A stretch of DNA of 64,000 nt from Amoebophrya sp. A120 (taxonomy: Eukaryota; Protista; Dinoflagellata). The position numbers were made by a program, and so were the translations under genes. The DNA lies in the NCBI GenBank assembly GCA_905178155.1, contig CAJINV010000004.1:5620828-5684827 (forward strand), in the 5' to 3' direction. A model generated the notes under the pieces. The model ran no database searches, had not been told where the DNA came from, and was given only the letters and a program-made list of their open reading frames with translations. Shown one piece after another: positions 47,901 to 59,100 of the stretch (within the stretch, counting starts at the first letter, position 1; each line of letters starts with the position of its first letter).

Positions 47901-50716
47901 TTGGAGCGCTGTTCACCTGCAACCCTGGAAACGTGGCAGTAACCGCCGCAGTTGGATTCATATTTGTTTGCTGGTTTTGCGGCAAAGAAACGGGATTCGG
48001 ATCTGCTGTCCCGGCATTTTTATTAAACGGTTGGTTCACGTCGACCTGCTGATGTCCGGGAGGTGGTCCTTGCGGGGAAAGAACCGAAGCTTGTTGTTGC
48101 GTCGTCGTGCCGTCAGCAGTTGATGCAGTAGATGCGGACGCAGTAGTAGATGAACTAGCACTACTAGAAGTTGTATCCGCGGCGACTCCAGCTGGTGGTG
48201 CCAGTGCAGCGTCTTGGATCATATCATCACCAGCGGGGGCGGCTCCTGTTGTCCCCGCCGCTGCTCCTGTTGTACTGCTCGTAGTAGCAGCGCCGGTGCT
48301 GTCGGCAGGTGCAGCACCAGGATCAGACGCTGCACCAGCAAGAACGCTGGTGTCGTTCGTGCCCGTTGCGTTGTTTACCATTCCTGCCGTGGCAGCACTA
48401 CTCTCCTGGGCGGCCAAGTCTTTTGCAACTTCCTCCACCATGTCGGCGTGGTCGGGCTGCGTGGCCTCTTCGTCGGCCGCGTTGGCTTTCTATTCTGAGT
48501 AAAAACGTCCCCACCCCAGAGTTGTCAGGCAAATCTGCATGCCAAAAACGTTTCTCATGCGGAGCCCGATGAGAATCGTTTTCTATTCGTATTTGGAAAT
48601 TTGTGATGCTAGAATCAGCATGATATGGTGGATCTGTAAATGCTTCTGAACTATCTAAACAGGATTACACTACGACGAAAACAGACTTTTCATGCGAAAC
48701 AACCAAAGCTGGCGGATTTGTATAGCAGATTTCGCATCTTGACTCTGGTGCGGGGACGTTTTTACTCAGGATACTTTCAAGGCCTTCATAAGTGCCCCAA
48801 CGTCGAGTTTCCCGCTGCCCGGGTCCACTAGCCCCTTCTCCAGCGCCTCGTGCGCCAGCTCGTCCGCGCTGGGCTTCTTAAAGCAGCCCTGGGCGTCCGC
48901 GCACCGGATCCGGTGGGTTTCCGTGCGGAGGTCCACGCACGCGGCGGCCTGCCCGGGCGCGCAGGTCGGGCCCTGTATCGTACGAAAAAAGTGTTTCACT
49001 GTATAGGATTTTGCAGGTTTTGCATCACAAGTTTGTTTTACACAACAAAGAAAATTTGCCATGCAAGCTTCCTAAGGGAAAATACCGCTAAAAATCCACT
49101 CTCTTGCGTCTGTAGCAAGACAAACAATTCTGCGATACATTTTCTGCATTACAAGTTTACAGTGAAACAGTTTTTTCTTACGATACCCGGTGTGATCTGC
49201 TCGTAGAACACGTTTTTCTTCGTTTCCAGAGTAAAAACGTCCCCACCCCATAGTAAAGTTGGGAATCTAGCATCACAAATCTCTAAGTTTTGGGCGCTGT
49301 GCATGACAAGTTTCCATCTGCAGTGCAGTGCTGGTTGGCAAGGGAAGCCGCATGAGAAAGCACTTTCTCATCCTGTTTACAGTATTACAAATTCCAAAAC
49401 ACGACTGGAAATGCCTCTCATGGAGATGCGCATTACAAGCGTTCCCGTAATCGCAAATCTGCATTACAACTGTGGGGTGGGGGCGTTTTTACATGGGATA
49501 CTTCGCCAGGTCGGTGGGCACCTGGTGAAAGATCGGGCGCAGTCGCAGCAACAGCTCCCGCGTGTCGGCGGCATACCAATCAAATTCGTCCACGTCCGTC
49601 CACAAGCCCCCGGGGCAGTCGAGGTCTCGCTCGTCCGCCGTGGCCACCGCGTTCGTGTCCGCTTTCAACGCGGCGCCCGCCTGCCCAGAAGGAAGAACCG
49701 CAGATGGAGTTGTGCTATCGATGGTTCCTTCGGCTTCCTGGAGTCCCGCGATGGCCGCGGCGTCGTTCACAACGTCGAGCTGGAGGGCACTTGTGCTGGT
49801 GCTGCGTGAAGTGATGGAGGATGGTTTACTACTTGGTTTTTGAGAATCATTATCATCCATCGCAAGGAGATCAACGTCTGCGTTGGTTGTAGTTTCATCA
49901 TCTTCTCCACCTCTTCTACTATCTTCCCGTTTTCTCCTTTCTCGATTTTCGTTTTGCCAGTACCGCTCCAGACTCCGCAGCTCAGCTGCATGTTCATGAT
50001 CAGCCGACCCGAGAACGGTCAGGGTGCCACCTCGCGGCAGCACGGTGGGTTGCTTATTTTCCTTTCGAAGTGGCGGGTAGGAGGAAGAAGATGTCGGAGT
50101 TCCATTTTCATCCTCGCCAAGCAGCACCTCTCCTGTGCAAAAGTATCGCATTCGTATTAATTGCAGATATGCATGACAGATCCAACTTTCTACGTGAAAT
50201 AGCATGACAAATTATATTTTTGTTCTTGGGAAAATTTGTAATGCAATTGATGCTAGTACGATACTTTTGCAGTGCATAGCACCACCTCGTGCACCACTTT
50301 GCTTTCGTCGTACGGATCGCATCATCCTATGCAAAAGCATCGTACTCGTATTGCAATCATGCATTTACAAAACTTGTTCTTAAGGGAAATCCGCATTACA
50401 AATTTTCTTTCTCATGCTGAGGAAATTTGCATATGCATTTTTTTTTTTTTTTTTGCTAGGCAATTCGTACGCCGGTCGGTTTTCGCTGATTTCTTTTTTC
50501 GTTTCTTTTTATTTTTTTTTTTTTTTTTTTGTTGCGTCCTCTTCTTTTCTTTTTTTCTTTTTTTTTTTTATTCCGAGTGACGGCGGGAACGGCACCCGCC
50601 CGTTGTGCTTAGTAATGCGCTCCCACGCGCGAATTTTCTTTTGTCTTTTGCATCACACATGCACACGAAATTCAACCCCCTAAANCTAGGCAATTCGTAC
50701 GCCGGTCGGTTTTCGC

Positions 50717-50758
<42 letters not shown>

Positions 50759-53700
50759 TTGCGTCCTCTTTCTTTTCATTTCATTTTCATTTTCATCGAT
50801 TGTGTGACGGCGGGAACGGCACCCGCCCGTTGTGCTTAGTAATGCGCTCCCACGCGCGAATTTTCTTTTGTCTTTTGCATCACACATGCACACGAAATTC
50901 AACCCCCTAAACCAACACACTTTTTCATCTTCTGCCGCCCTCACGCAACAGGACTACTCCTGAAGCGCGGGAACAGCCCGAAGGCTGTTTTGCATGACAA
51001 GTTCTTGCAGCAGGTGCATGCAGCAGTGGGAGATACAAAATTATTTTCAAAACCCTAAACCCGCACAACGCACTGATCCTAGTTAACGTCCAGAGCCGTA
51101 AGCCGCGGCAGACGTCCACCAGGGGAGGTAGAGGGGGGTCAGATCACAGTCTCCGTAAGGCGATAAGTGCAGTAAGCCGCTGCACTGAAAAATAGTAAAG
51201 ATAGGGAGAGACCACTGTATAGGGAGATAGTCGCCCATAGGGGGCGTTATCCGGGTTCGTGTTTGCGTGGTTACTAGGCGTCCCCGAAGGAACGCTTTTC
51301 CTTCACGTTACTGCCCCCCGAAATATATGGTCGAACTGGATCACCGATACTAGCCATAGGGCGCGATCGACCCGAATCGCATTAATAGAGGCTGCGCGAC
51401 CTGACGAAGAACATCATATGACCCATGCCGAGGGACTTCAGTGGAAATTACTCCGGACGCATGTGCAACCTCGGCCGATGCAAAACGGGCGACCGCTGTA
51501 AAAGTTGCTTTCTACAAAAAAAATTTATTTCTAAGTGGTCTCTTTGGGATGGGGGCCGTTGAACCCACGACGGGAAGGACGGGACGGCTGAACCCCTGCC
51601 GGCTCCGCGCGAGGGGGAAGTTGAGCAACTACGGCGGGAACCCGAAACACGTAAAGGAGCCCGCACATGTATGCGAGAGCTACGACTGGCAAACTGAAAA
51701 CCACAATCAAGAATTACTTCATGCAAATATCCGGGCGCGAATGAAAGAAATGTTTATCTGTCGCCGCGAAGCGGGGATGAAAAGATTTCTTTCATTCGCG
51801 CGAACAATGCAAATTCCGAGGCGGGCAGCGCTGTCAGCTGTCAGAAAGGATGAAAAACCCCTCGGGCTTCCTGATGATGATGTGTGTAAGAGTCGTAGGC
51901 TAATTAGTGCAATTTCCCCCCCCACGACAAACCCGCTGGCCAGGCGGAAAAAACGCAGCCCCTGCGAGGAGGCGGGATGCGCCGACTAGCGCTAGCAAGT
52001 TGGATCTGATAAAACTAGTACTCGAAATGACGACCAGAAAACATAAAGGGGTAGAGCACTAGCGCTACTTCTACATCTACCACTACTTCTGTAAATGGGA
52101 ATACGGAGGAATAAATAAACAAAGCGAATGACTTGAGCAAAACTAGAGACAAGAAGATAAGAGCGGGAAAAAAAACTAACTCTACATGGGGCTACGGGGA
52201 GGGAGGGGGGAAGATCAAAATTTTCAAACATCCATAGGAGCGCACGAATTTACGATCAAGTTTCAGATGCGTTTTCCGGTCTATTTCCGCCGGGGGTTAC
52301 GCCGTGTACAGCAGGTCGACACTGCCAGGAAACTCGATGTGCGCGCCGCATTGGTCCATACAAATCAAAACCCTAAACCCTTCGGAAGCATAAATCCGCA
52401 TGCATACAGGGGGGCCACCCCTGAACCCTTTTTCGAACTCGGACCGGACACACGCATAGAAAATCCCCACGATATAGTTAACGTCTATAGCCGTAAGCCG
52501 CGGCGGACGTTGCTATGCTGTGGGACGAATAGCAAGGGGGGTCGATATGGGTCGATTTCTTTTTTGCTTTTTTTTTTTTATTCCGACACAGCTGACGCAC
52601 AAAAAGCGGTGGGCGATTCACGAAGAAGTGCGCGGGTGTGCTCGGCGTTCCCGAGGCCTTAGGCCGTACCTTTTTGATAAAATCCGGGCTGCGTCCTGGC
52701 TCCCGCGTTGCCGCCACCCTTCTATTCCATCTTCCCCTCCGCGTGCATGCATGTGCGCGGCTACGCCAGTCCATTTTGTGCTTATGTTTTTGACTAAGAC
52801 AGAGAGGCGAGGTGCAGCCACTGAGGAACTTCGGAAAACGCTATGGGCTAAGTATTTTGGTGCTGTGTGCTACTGCTATCAGACTCTGCGCCCTATGACT
52901 TTGCAACAATGTCACTAGCCCCGGCCTTGATCTTACCCCGCCAGCCACTGCTGGAAAAAAAAGGAAGCAAGTCCCTGCAGTTTTGGAAAAAGGCGCAACG
53001 AGTGGGGGGGGACCACAGGAGTCACCCCCCCGCAAGCTGCGCACGCGTTGAAGTATCTGCTGCTTATTTCTACATGAGCTATCTGCTTCATCACGTAGCG
53101 ACTCCAACAAACGAAGTGCTTTTACGAAGCGCGACGCTTTCAAAATACGAAGTGCTTGCTTCTTTCTTTCTTTACGAATTTGTATATGCATTTATACGAG
53201 TACGATACTTTTGCAGTTCATACGTATTCCACCGCGTCCAAAGCATCGACGGCACGAGGCCGGCGAGTTGCTGAAGATAATTGGTCGGTTTCAGAAGTTA
53301 GAGGTATTTTATTTTCGCTCCTTGCAACAAAGAAAGCATCTGTTGCTGCGGTGCTTTTTGACAGAGCTGCTGCACTTATTTCATCTGCATCTTCGTCGTC
53401 GTCCTCGTCTGTCCTTTGGCTTTCCTCACCGAGCTCGAGCACTTCAGAGGGTGGCTGCCGTTCACTGTCTACTTGAGCAAACGATGAAGAAAACATCATC
53501 CGACGGGCGGCAGGGCTCGCAGTTCCCTGCACGTAGTTGTCCTGGCGAATGTTCCCGTTGGCGTCAAATTGCGACGCACCAGACGCGGTCGCAGGGTCGA
53601 CGTCGTTGTGTGGGGCAAGTTCATTATCTCCATGCATCGACGTCGCGGAAGAAAGAGGCTGCTGTTGTTCGTCTGAGGGAGATATTAGTTGTTCACTAGA

Positions 53701-54537
53701 ATCTTCACCTGTCCTGGCCGCTGCTGAAGTTCTTGCAGATGATGTTCTTGACAGCGATGAAGCTGTTCCACCTCCCGCTGCAGGTCCTTCTTGTTGCCCC
53801 GAAAATCGTTCCCGATTCCGGTCGCGGATCGCCTGAACGTAGGCTTTCTCCTCGTTCTCGATGCTGCACGAGGAGCCCTCCTGCAGCTTGACCGCGCCGT
53901 GCGTGACAAAAAAGGCGGTGGTTTGGTGCATCATGAACGGGTAGTACTGACTGTCCGGCTCGACGTGCAAACAGGGAAGTTTGTGCACCGTCGGCTTCTG
54001 TTGAAATTGGGGCGGAAGAGCCGCAGAGCCACCTGCGGACGTGGTAGTACCAGCGGGAGGATGATGCTGACTCTTGCTCACCCCCTCCGCGCCTAGAAGT
54101 CCTGTTCCCGCTGCTGTAGTACCCGGGTCTACGTACTTGTCGCAAAACGGAAGCTTCGACGTGTCCGCCACGAAGTGCCGACAGTTGCGGTTTTCGTTCG
54201 TAAACCCATTGTCGACGTTGCAGTTGCCGACGGACGGTGTGAGCGGCGTAATCATGACGTCCCCCGCCACGGGGGAAACCTGGAACTGACTGTTCAGGTA
54301 CAAAATCCTGTACACGCCGATGTAGACGCCGAGCAGGGTGCAGAAGAGGTAGTAGGTGATTCCCAGGCGGACATCGAACACCCGAACGTACTTGTAGGTG
54401 TCGTACCGCTCGAAAAACCACGCCTGGGTCACTACGCGGTCGAAAATACGTTCCGTGAACGACGAGCCCGGTGCAGCTCCTCCGGGCGCAGGAGCGCCTG
54501 GGCCGCCGCTCCCAGACGCCTGCTCCGGGTCGAGCAT
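44952..54537 (-). CDS. P2X receptor-like (ATP-gated cation channel family) protein, ~1,634 aa, with a hugely expanded ectodomain
   Basis: N-terminal YxTxK (YDTYKYVRVFDVRLG), then TM1 (ITYYLFCTLLGVYIGVY). Protist-P2X-like segment FSVGRILELANVDLD..REAGVLIQMDVEWTN..YTYKFRRI. GILIVARVKGEYAEF, then TM2 (FCLWMISFVALAAGFQTVLDYFILY). Eight introners removed gives 4,905 nt = 1,635 codons from the first in-frame ATG (54537). Confidence 0.85.
45466..45734. mobile_element. Introner family A (ends ACA)
   Basis: TSD cctcc/cctcc. Confidence 0.92.
46289..46578. mobile_element. Introner family B
   Basis: TSD cctcc/ccacc. Confidence 0.92.
47338..47598. mobile_element. Introner family A
   Basis: TSD cccct/cccct. 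Confidence 0.93.
48491..48773. mobile_element. Introner family B (opposite orientation to 46289)
   Basis: TSD ctttc/ctttc. Confidence 0.93.
48976..49185. mobile_element. Introner family F-like
   Basis: TSD ccctg/cccgg. Confidence 0.9.
49223..49500. mobile_element. Introner family B (opposite orientation to 12087; starts TTT)
   Basis: TSD cttcg/cttcg. Confidence 0.9.
50129..50278. mobile_element. Introner family C (starts TCT)
   Basis: TSD gcacc/gcacc. Confidence 0.9.
50323..53222. mobile_element. Introner family C expanded to 2.9 kb by a nested retroposon
   Basis: Left half 50323-50440, right half 53177-53222. TSD cgcat/cgtat. Removal gives VEY|DPYDESK in frame. Confidence 0.88.
50441..53176 (-). 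mobile_element. Non-autonomous non-LTR retroposon-like insert (poly(A) tail on minus strand, 17-bp TSD)
   Basis: aatttg(c/t)atatgcattt at 50424-50440 and 53177-53193. T-run to 50454. No RT ORF recognised. Confidence 0.72.
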
Positions 54538-56187
54538 CAGGACGACTGGGGCAAGGAAGGATTTTTCCCACAAGAGAAAAGGTCCGTTACCGCCTTCTTC
54601 GTGCGCCTTGCGTCTTTTATCTCTGACAACGGGAGGTCGAGGTCGTGGAGAGAAAAAATAGTCCACAGCCCATTTCAATGAGGTGAGAAGGCCGCGTTGG
54701 CGTTTGGTCGCGCAAACAATTTCTCATCGTGATACAGTAGCTACGGGAGCTAAGAGGGTCTTAAAAAAGTTCTCCGTCTCAACGACCACATGACATGAGA
54801 AACGCAAAAGAACTAAATTAATACCTGCCTCGAAACGCTCGCACCCTCGGCGGGCGGATTTGCGTTTACGATTTCGATACGTATATATCATACGAAAAAT
54901 TCAGTCACTCGCTGTCGCTCTCCACTCTCGATGGCCAGCGACCTTATGATCCGGCGCAGTCGCATATTTTCATATCTCTCGACAGAGGGCATCACTCACA
55001 AGACGCAGCATGGAGCCGGCGCGCGCATCCGCAGGCTAAAAACGGACGAAGAAACATGATCCATCTTTCGAGGAACACGTAGAATCGCTGCCTACAAACG
55101 ATTGAGCCAGAACGAACCAGCTGTGATGTGCGCAACTCAGAGTTGGCATATCTGCGTTCATTTCGAAATTCTCTTGCCATCTTATCTTCCCCCTGAGCGT
55201 AATGCAATCCAATTTTGACAAATTTCATTTTTTTTTCTCCCCCCTGCGGCCGTGTGTGCACAAGCGTATTCATACCCGCAGCTCAACAATATAATTCGTT
55301 CCGGTAGCGCAGCGTCTACTTTCGCGAAAGGAAAAAGAAGTCTTGTTCCCTATTAAAAAAGGACAGATCTTCGTTGCGGGTGCGAGTACTATAACACCAG
55401 CTGCTGCACATGAAAAAAAAAAATCGAGGCATTACACAACTCAGCACCACTCTCGCCTCACTTCTTCAGAATCAATGTTGGATATGGATTATTCATTAAT
55501 TGTGGGGTTTATTTACTCAGGTACATAAAATTCAAATTGTTTGAGCGATAAACTACATCACACATGCAGGGGGGCCAGCACCGTGCCGAAACTAGTTTTT
55601 AAAAAAACTGAGTGCGTAAAAGAAATCGAACGCGTTTGGAGATGTTGCCATTTGGCACGACGCAAGACAAGTTGCACTGTATCATTGACTTATTTCTACG
55701 ACAAGGAAATCAAGTTTATATTTTTTTTTTGGCGCATGGCTTTGGCTATACTGTTTATCCCATCCACTATGTGCTGCACTTGACGCAACATCAAGAACTT
55801 TATACGTAAAACTTGAAAATGCATATGCGTGCTGCATCAGCATTTCGTCCCAACTAAGGGATCTTTTTGTGAACTAGACAATTGGACAATGAATTGACAA
55901 GTAGCAATATGATAATTTGACGCGATGAGTGCAAGTTAGCTTTATTTTTATCAACAATTAGGATAGAAGTAGAAGTACTCTTGATATCGCCCGTTTGAGA
56001 AGTCTCTAAATGTCTCGAGGACATTGATTTTCAGGCTACATCGAGTTATAGGCACTTGACAGTTGCTAGCTTTGATAGGTTTCCCTTGAACCATAGTGCT
56101 AGGACGTGAAGAAATTACGCAACGCTAGAACATGTAGTTCATGTGCAGTGATATTGCACACTACGACTACTACTGACGCGCCCGCTG

Positions 56188-59100
56188 TCATTCGCCGCCC
56201 CGTGGTTCCCCGGATGCAGTTCCTGGCGCAGCCCCACCTTGAGACGACTCTCTTCTTTCTGCCGCACCGGCAGCGGGTCCACCCTGTTCGACGGCGGTTA
56301 CACTTGTTGCCGGTACAACAACCACTCCCTCTGGTGGGCCACCGGGAGGGTTGCTACCAGCGACGGTATATGCAATGCAAGAGCATCGTACTAGTATAAA
56401 TTGCATTACAAATTAGCGCAGCATTACACATTCAATTTGTAATGCTGATTTACCTTGGGAAAGAGATTTGTAATGCATAAATGCAATTGCTACGAGTACG
56501 ATACTTTTGCACAGGATACGGTACCATCGTCTTGCGGGAGGGCGGGTGAGGAGGACTGCTGGCGCTCCATGACAATCCGGTCGTGGTGAAACCGGCGCCA
56601 GTAGTGGTAGGTCTGCGCCGAGCCGTACCCCTGAATGTCCGGATTCTCGCTGTGGTTGCCCTCCGGCATTGTAGGGTGGTCGGCCTCCGTGATGATGCCC
56701 AGTTGGCTCAGCCGCTGGTGCAAGGTGCATTTGGGATCAAAATTTGAGTCATTTTGGTCCTCGTGACGAAAGAGAAGAACACGCAAAAAAAAAATGTTCA
56801 TCTTGTGTCCAGTCATCTATAGTGTAACAAGCATCAGTACGCATCGCATCCTACTTAATTTCGATCGTCATCGTTTTCTATTTATACCTTGCTTGTCGCT
56901 CGTCCTTCTGAGATCGCACTTGATGCGGAGGTCGCGGAGAGATGGTGGTGCTGCGTGAGGTGCAGTGCCGCGTTTTCCGCGAAAAGCGCCGCGGAGATCT
57001 CCTCCTGCTCGAGATGATGACCTCGTGTACCACTATTGCTCGCCTCGGTCGCTCGCGTGTGGAAATTATACGCGGCTCCTCCGCTCACGCTGTCGCCTCC
57101 GAGGCTCATCTCGCCCGCAGAGCTGGTTCGGGCGCGACTGGGCGGATCGAAGCTCGTGTTGTGGGCGGCGTTGCTACTGTTGGTGCTCTATCGACGTGGC
57201 AAAAGCATCGCATCTACTCGCACACACTAGAAGTTCTAGTGAGAATCGCATGACAAATTTCTTGCTTGTGAGGCAGATTGAAAAAATTTGTGATGCAAAA
57301 ATATTGCGAGTTGTCGTGTACTACGATACTGTTGCACACTATCATATGCTCAACGTCGGGTGAAGAAGCTGCCCGGATGAAGATGAGCCAGCATTACCCT
57401 GCCCCTGCTGATCGGCTGAACTGCCGCGTGTCATCTTTCCGTGGCTAGCCGTGCTCGCGGATGCTGCTGCACTGCCGCGCGGGGGACCTCCGCCGTCCGC
57501 GGGCGGCTCGCCCTGCGGCGCCCATCGCGTGCTCGCCGTGCTCTGGGTGTCACTGGCCTGGTCTTGTTGCGCAAAGGTAATTTCCACCGGCAAGTTCGCT
57601 GTGTCGCGGGTCGAAGTAGCAGATGCTTGTCCTGTATGTTCCCCTCCTATGTCCCCTACACTCGCGGCACTCGTGTGTGGGGGCGTTGTCACCGCCGGGT
57701 TGTTCGAACTTGGACTGGAAGTGCTGGCCTCCAGAGGCGCTCCCGGAGCGGACGAGCTCTCGCCGCCCGGAAAGAGCGTTTCGTCCAGCACTTCTCGCCC
57801 TTTTGCCTGGAGTTGCGACCAGGTGTTACTGCTTTGGGAGCCTTGATCATCTGCCGGCGATTCACCCGGGATCCCCGCCGTTTCTAGGGCTTTCGCAGTG
57901 ACACCTGTAGTAGAGTTAGGACAAATTGCATCATTTTTTAGACCAGAAAATCGGAAGAAGTACATACTTTTTCGCGCACCCGCTTGCATGACGGGCCGCT
58001 ATCGTTTCGCTTCGGGGGCGGCGGGGTGCCCCGACAGTACACCCGGCCCGAGGGCCTCGCTGCGCCATGCAGCGGCTCGGGCGTTGTGGCTTGCCAAAGA
58101 GAACCGGGGCGGCCTCCCGACCTCGAAGCCCGCCAGGAGCGAGAAACGCCGCCCCACCAAGCGGCCTCCCCGCGAGCCCGTCCCGGTCGGGCCGGTGCGG
58201 CGCCGCCATGTTTTTTGCCGGATGCGCATGGGCCTGCTCGCCGTACCGGAGGGGCCGGCCCTCGAAGCAGTAGGGCGCGCGCCCCTGAGGTGGGGCCTGC
58301 TTCGGCCCCAACAGCAGCCGCCCCACAATTGGGGGGCCGGGAAGGGGGGCCCGGAAGGCGCGCGGGCCCCCCCTTCTGGAGGGGGGGTAAAAAGGGGGCC
58401 GAATTGGCCCAATTCTGCCGCCTTTTTTAGGGGGGGGCAAAAAATGGCCTTCCCCCGCTACTACAGGGGGGGGGCAAAATGGCCCAGAAGCGGGCACATT
58501 TTACCCCCCCTCAAAAAGGGGGGCGAATTGGGCCAATTCGGCCCCCCTTTTCCCCCCCCCTCCGGAAGGGGGAGGCGCGCGTGCCTCTTGGGGGGCCTGC
58601 AGTTCACCCGCCGGCCGGGGCCCCGGAAGGGAAAAGGCGCGCCAGGCCGCGGCCAAAGCAAGAGCTTTTCCGTGCCCGGAAGGGCTTCGCGTTGGGGCCC
58701 CGGGATGCGCGCCGCGTCGGTTGTGTGTCCCCGACGTGGGCCCAGCTCGGGGGCGGGTGGCGGGGTGTTGGCTGCGTGCCGTCGCCTTCCTATCTACGCC
58801 AAGCCGACCCGCCCCGGCCCCGGCCGCGCAGCCGCAATGCCGGGGGCTAATTTTTCCGGGATAAAACAACCCGGAACGCGGTCGCGCCTTCGCACCCCCC
58901 AACCTCATTCAAGCCGCGACCCCCATTGCAAGGGGATACGCAAAAAAACATGTACTTCTTCCGATTTTCTGGTCTAAATTTTGATTTCAACAAGAATAAG
59001 CGCTATAAACAGTTGTTGCCACGACGCATGAAGAGGTAGGAAGCCGTGTCCTCTTTGTTCACGCAACAGTTCCGCAAGGACGGGACATAAGCAGAAGAAC

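Noticed and set aside
50456-50910. ~229-bp tandem duplication with poly(T) tracts
   Set aside because: The copies are joined at an 'n' (50685) and differ mainly in homopolymers; most likely a contig-overlap artefact.
51399-52845. Hammerhead ribozyme cores (CTGAnGA at ~51401, ~51872, ~52821)
   Set aside because: I could not build stems II and III with a correctly placed GAAA and cleavage triplet.
57898-58977. 359-aa plus-strand ORF spanning the TA-flanked MITE as a possible transposase
   Set aside because: Arg/Gly/Pro-rich with no DDE or HTH motif; expected by chance in very GC-rich DNA.
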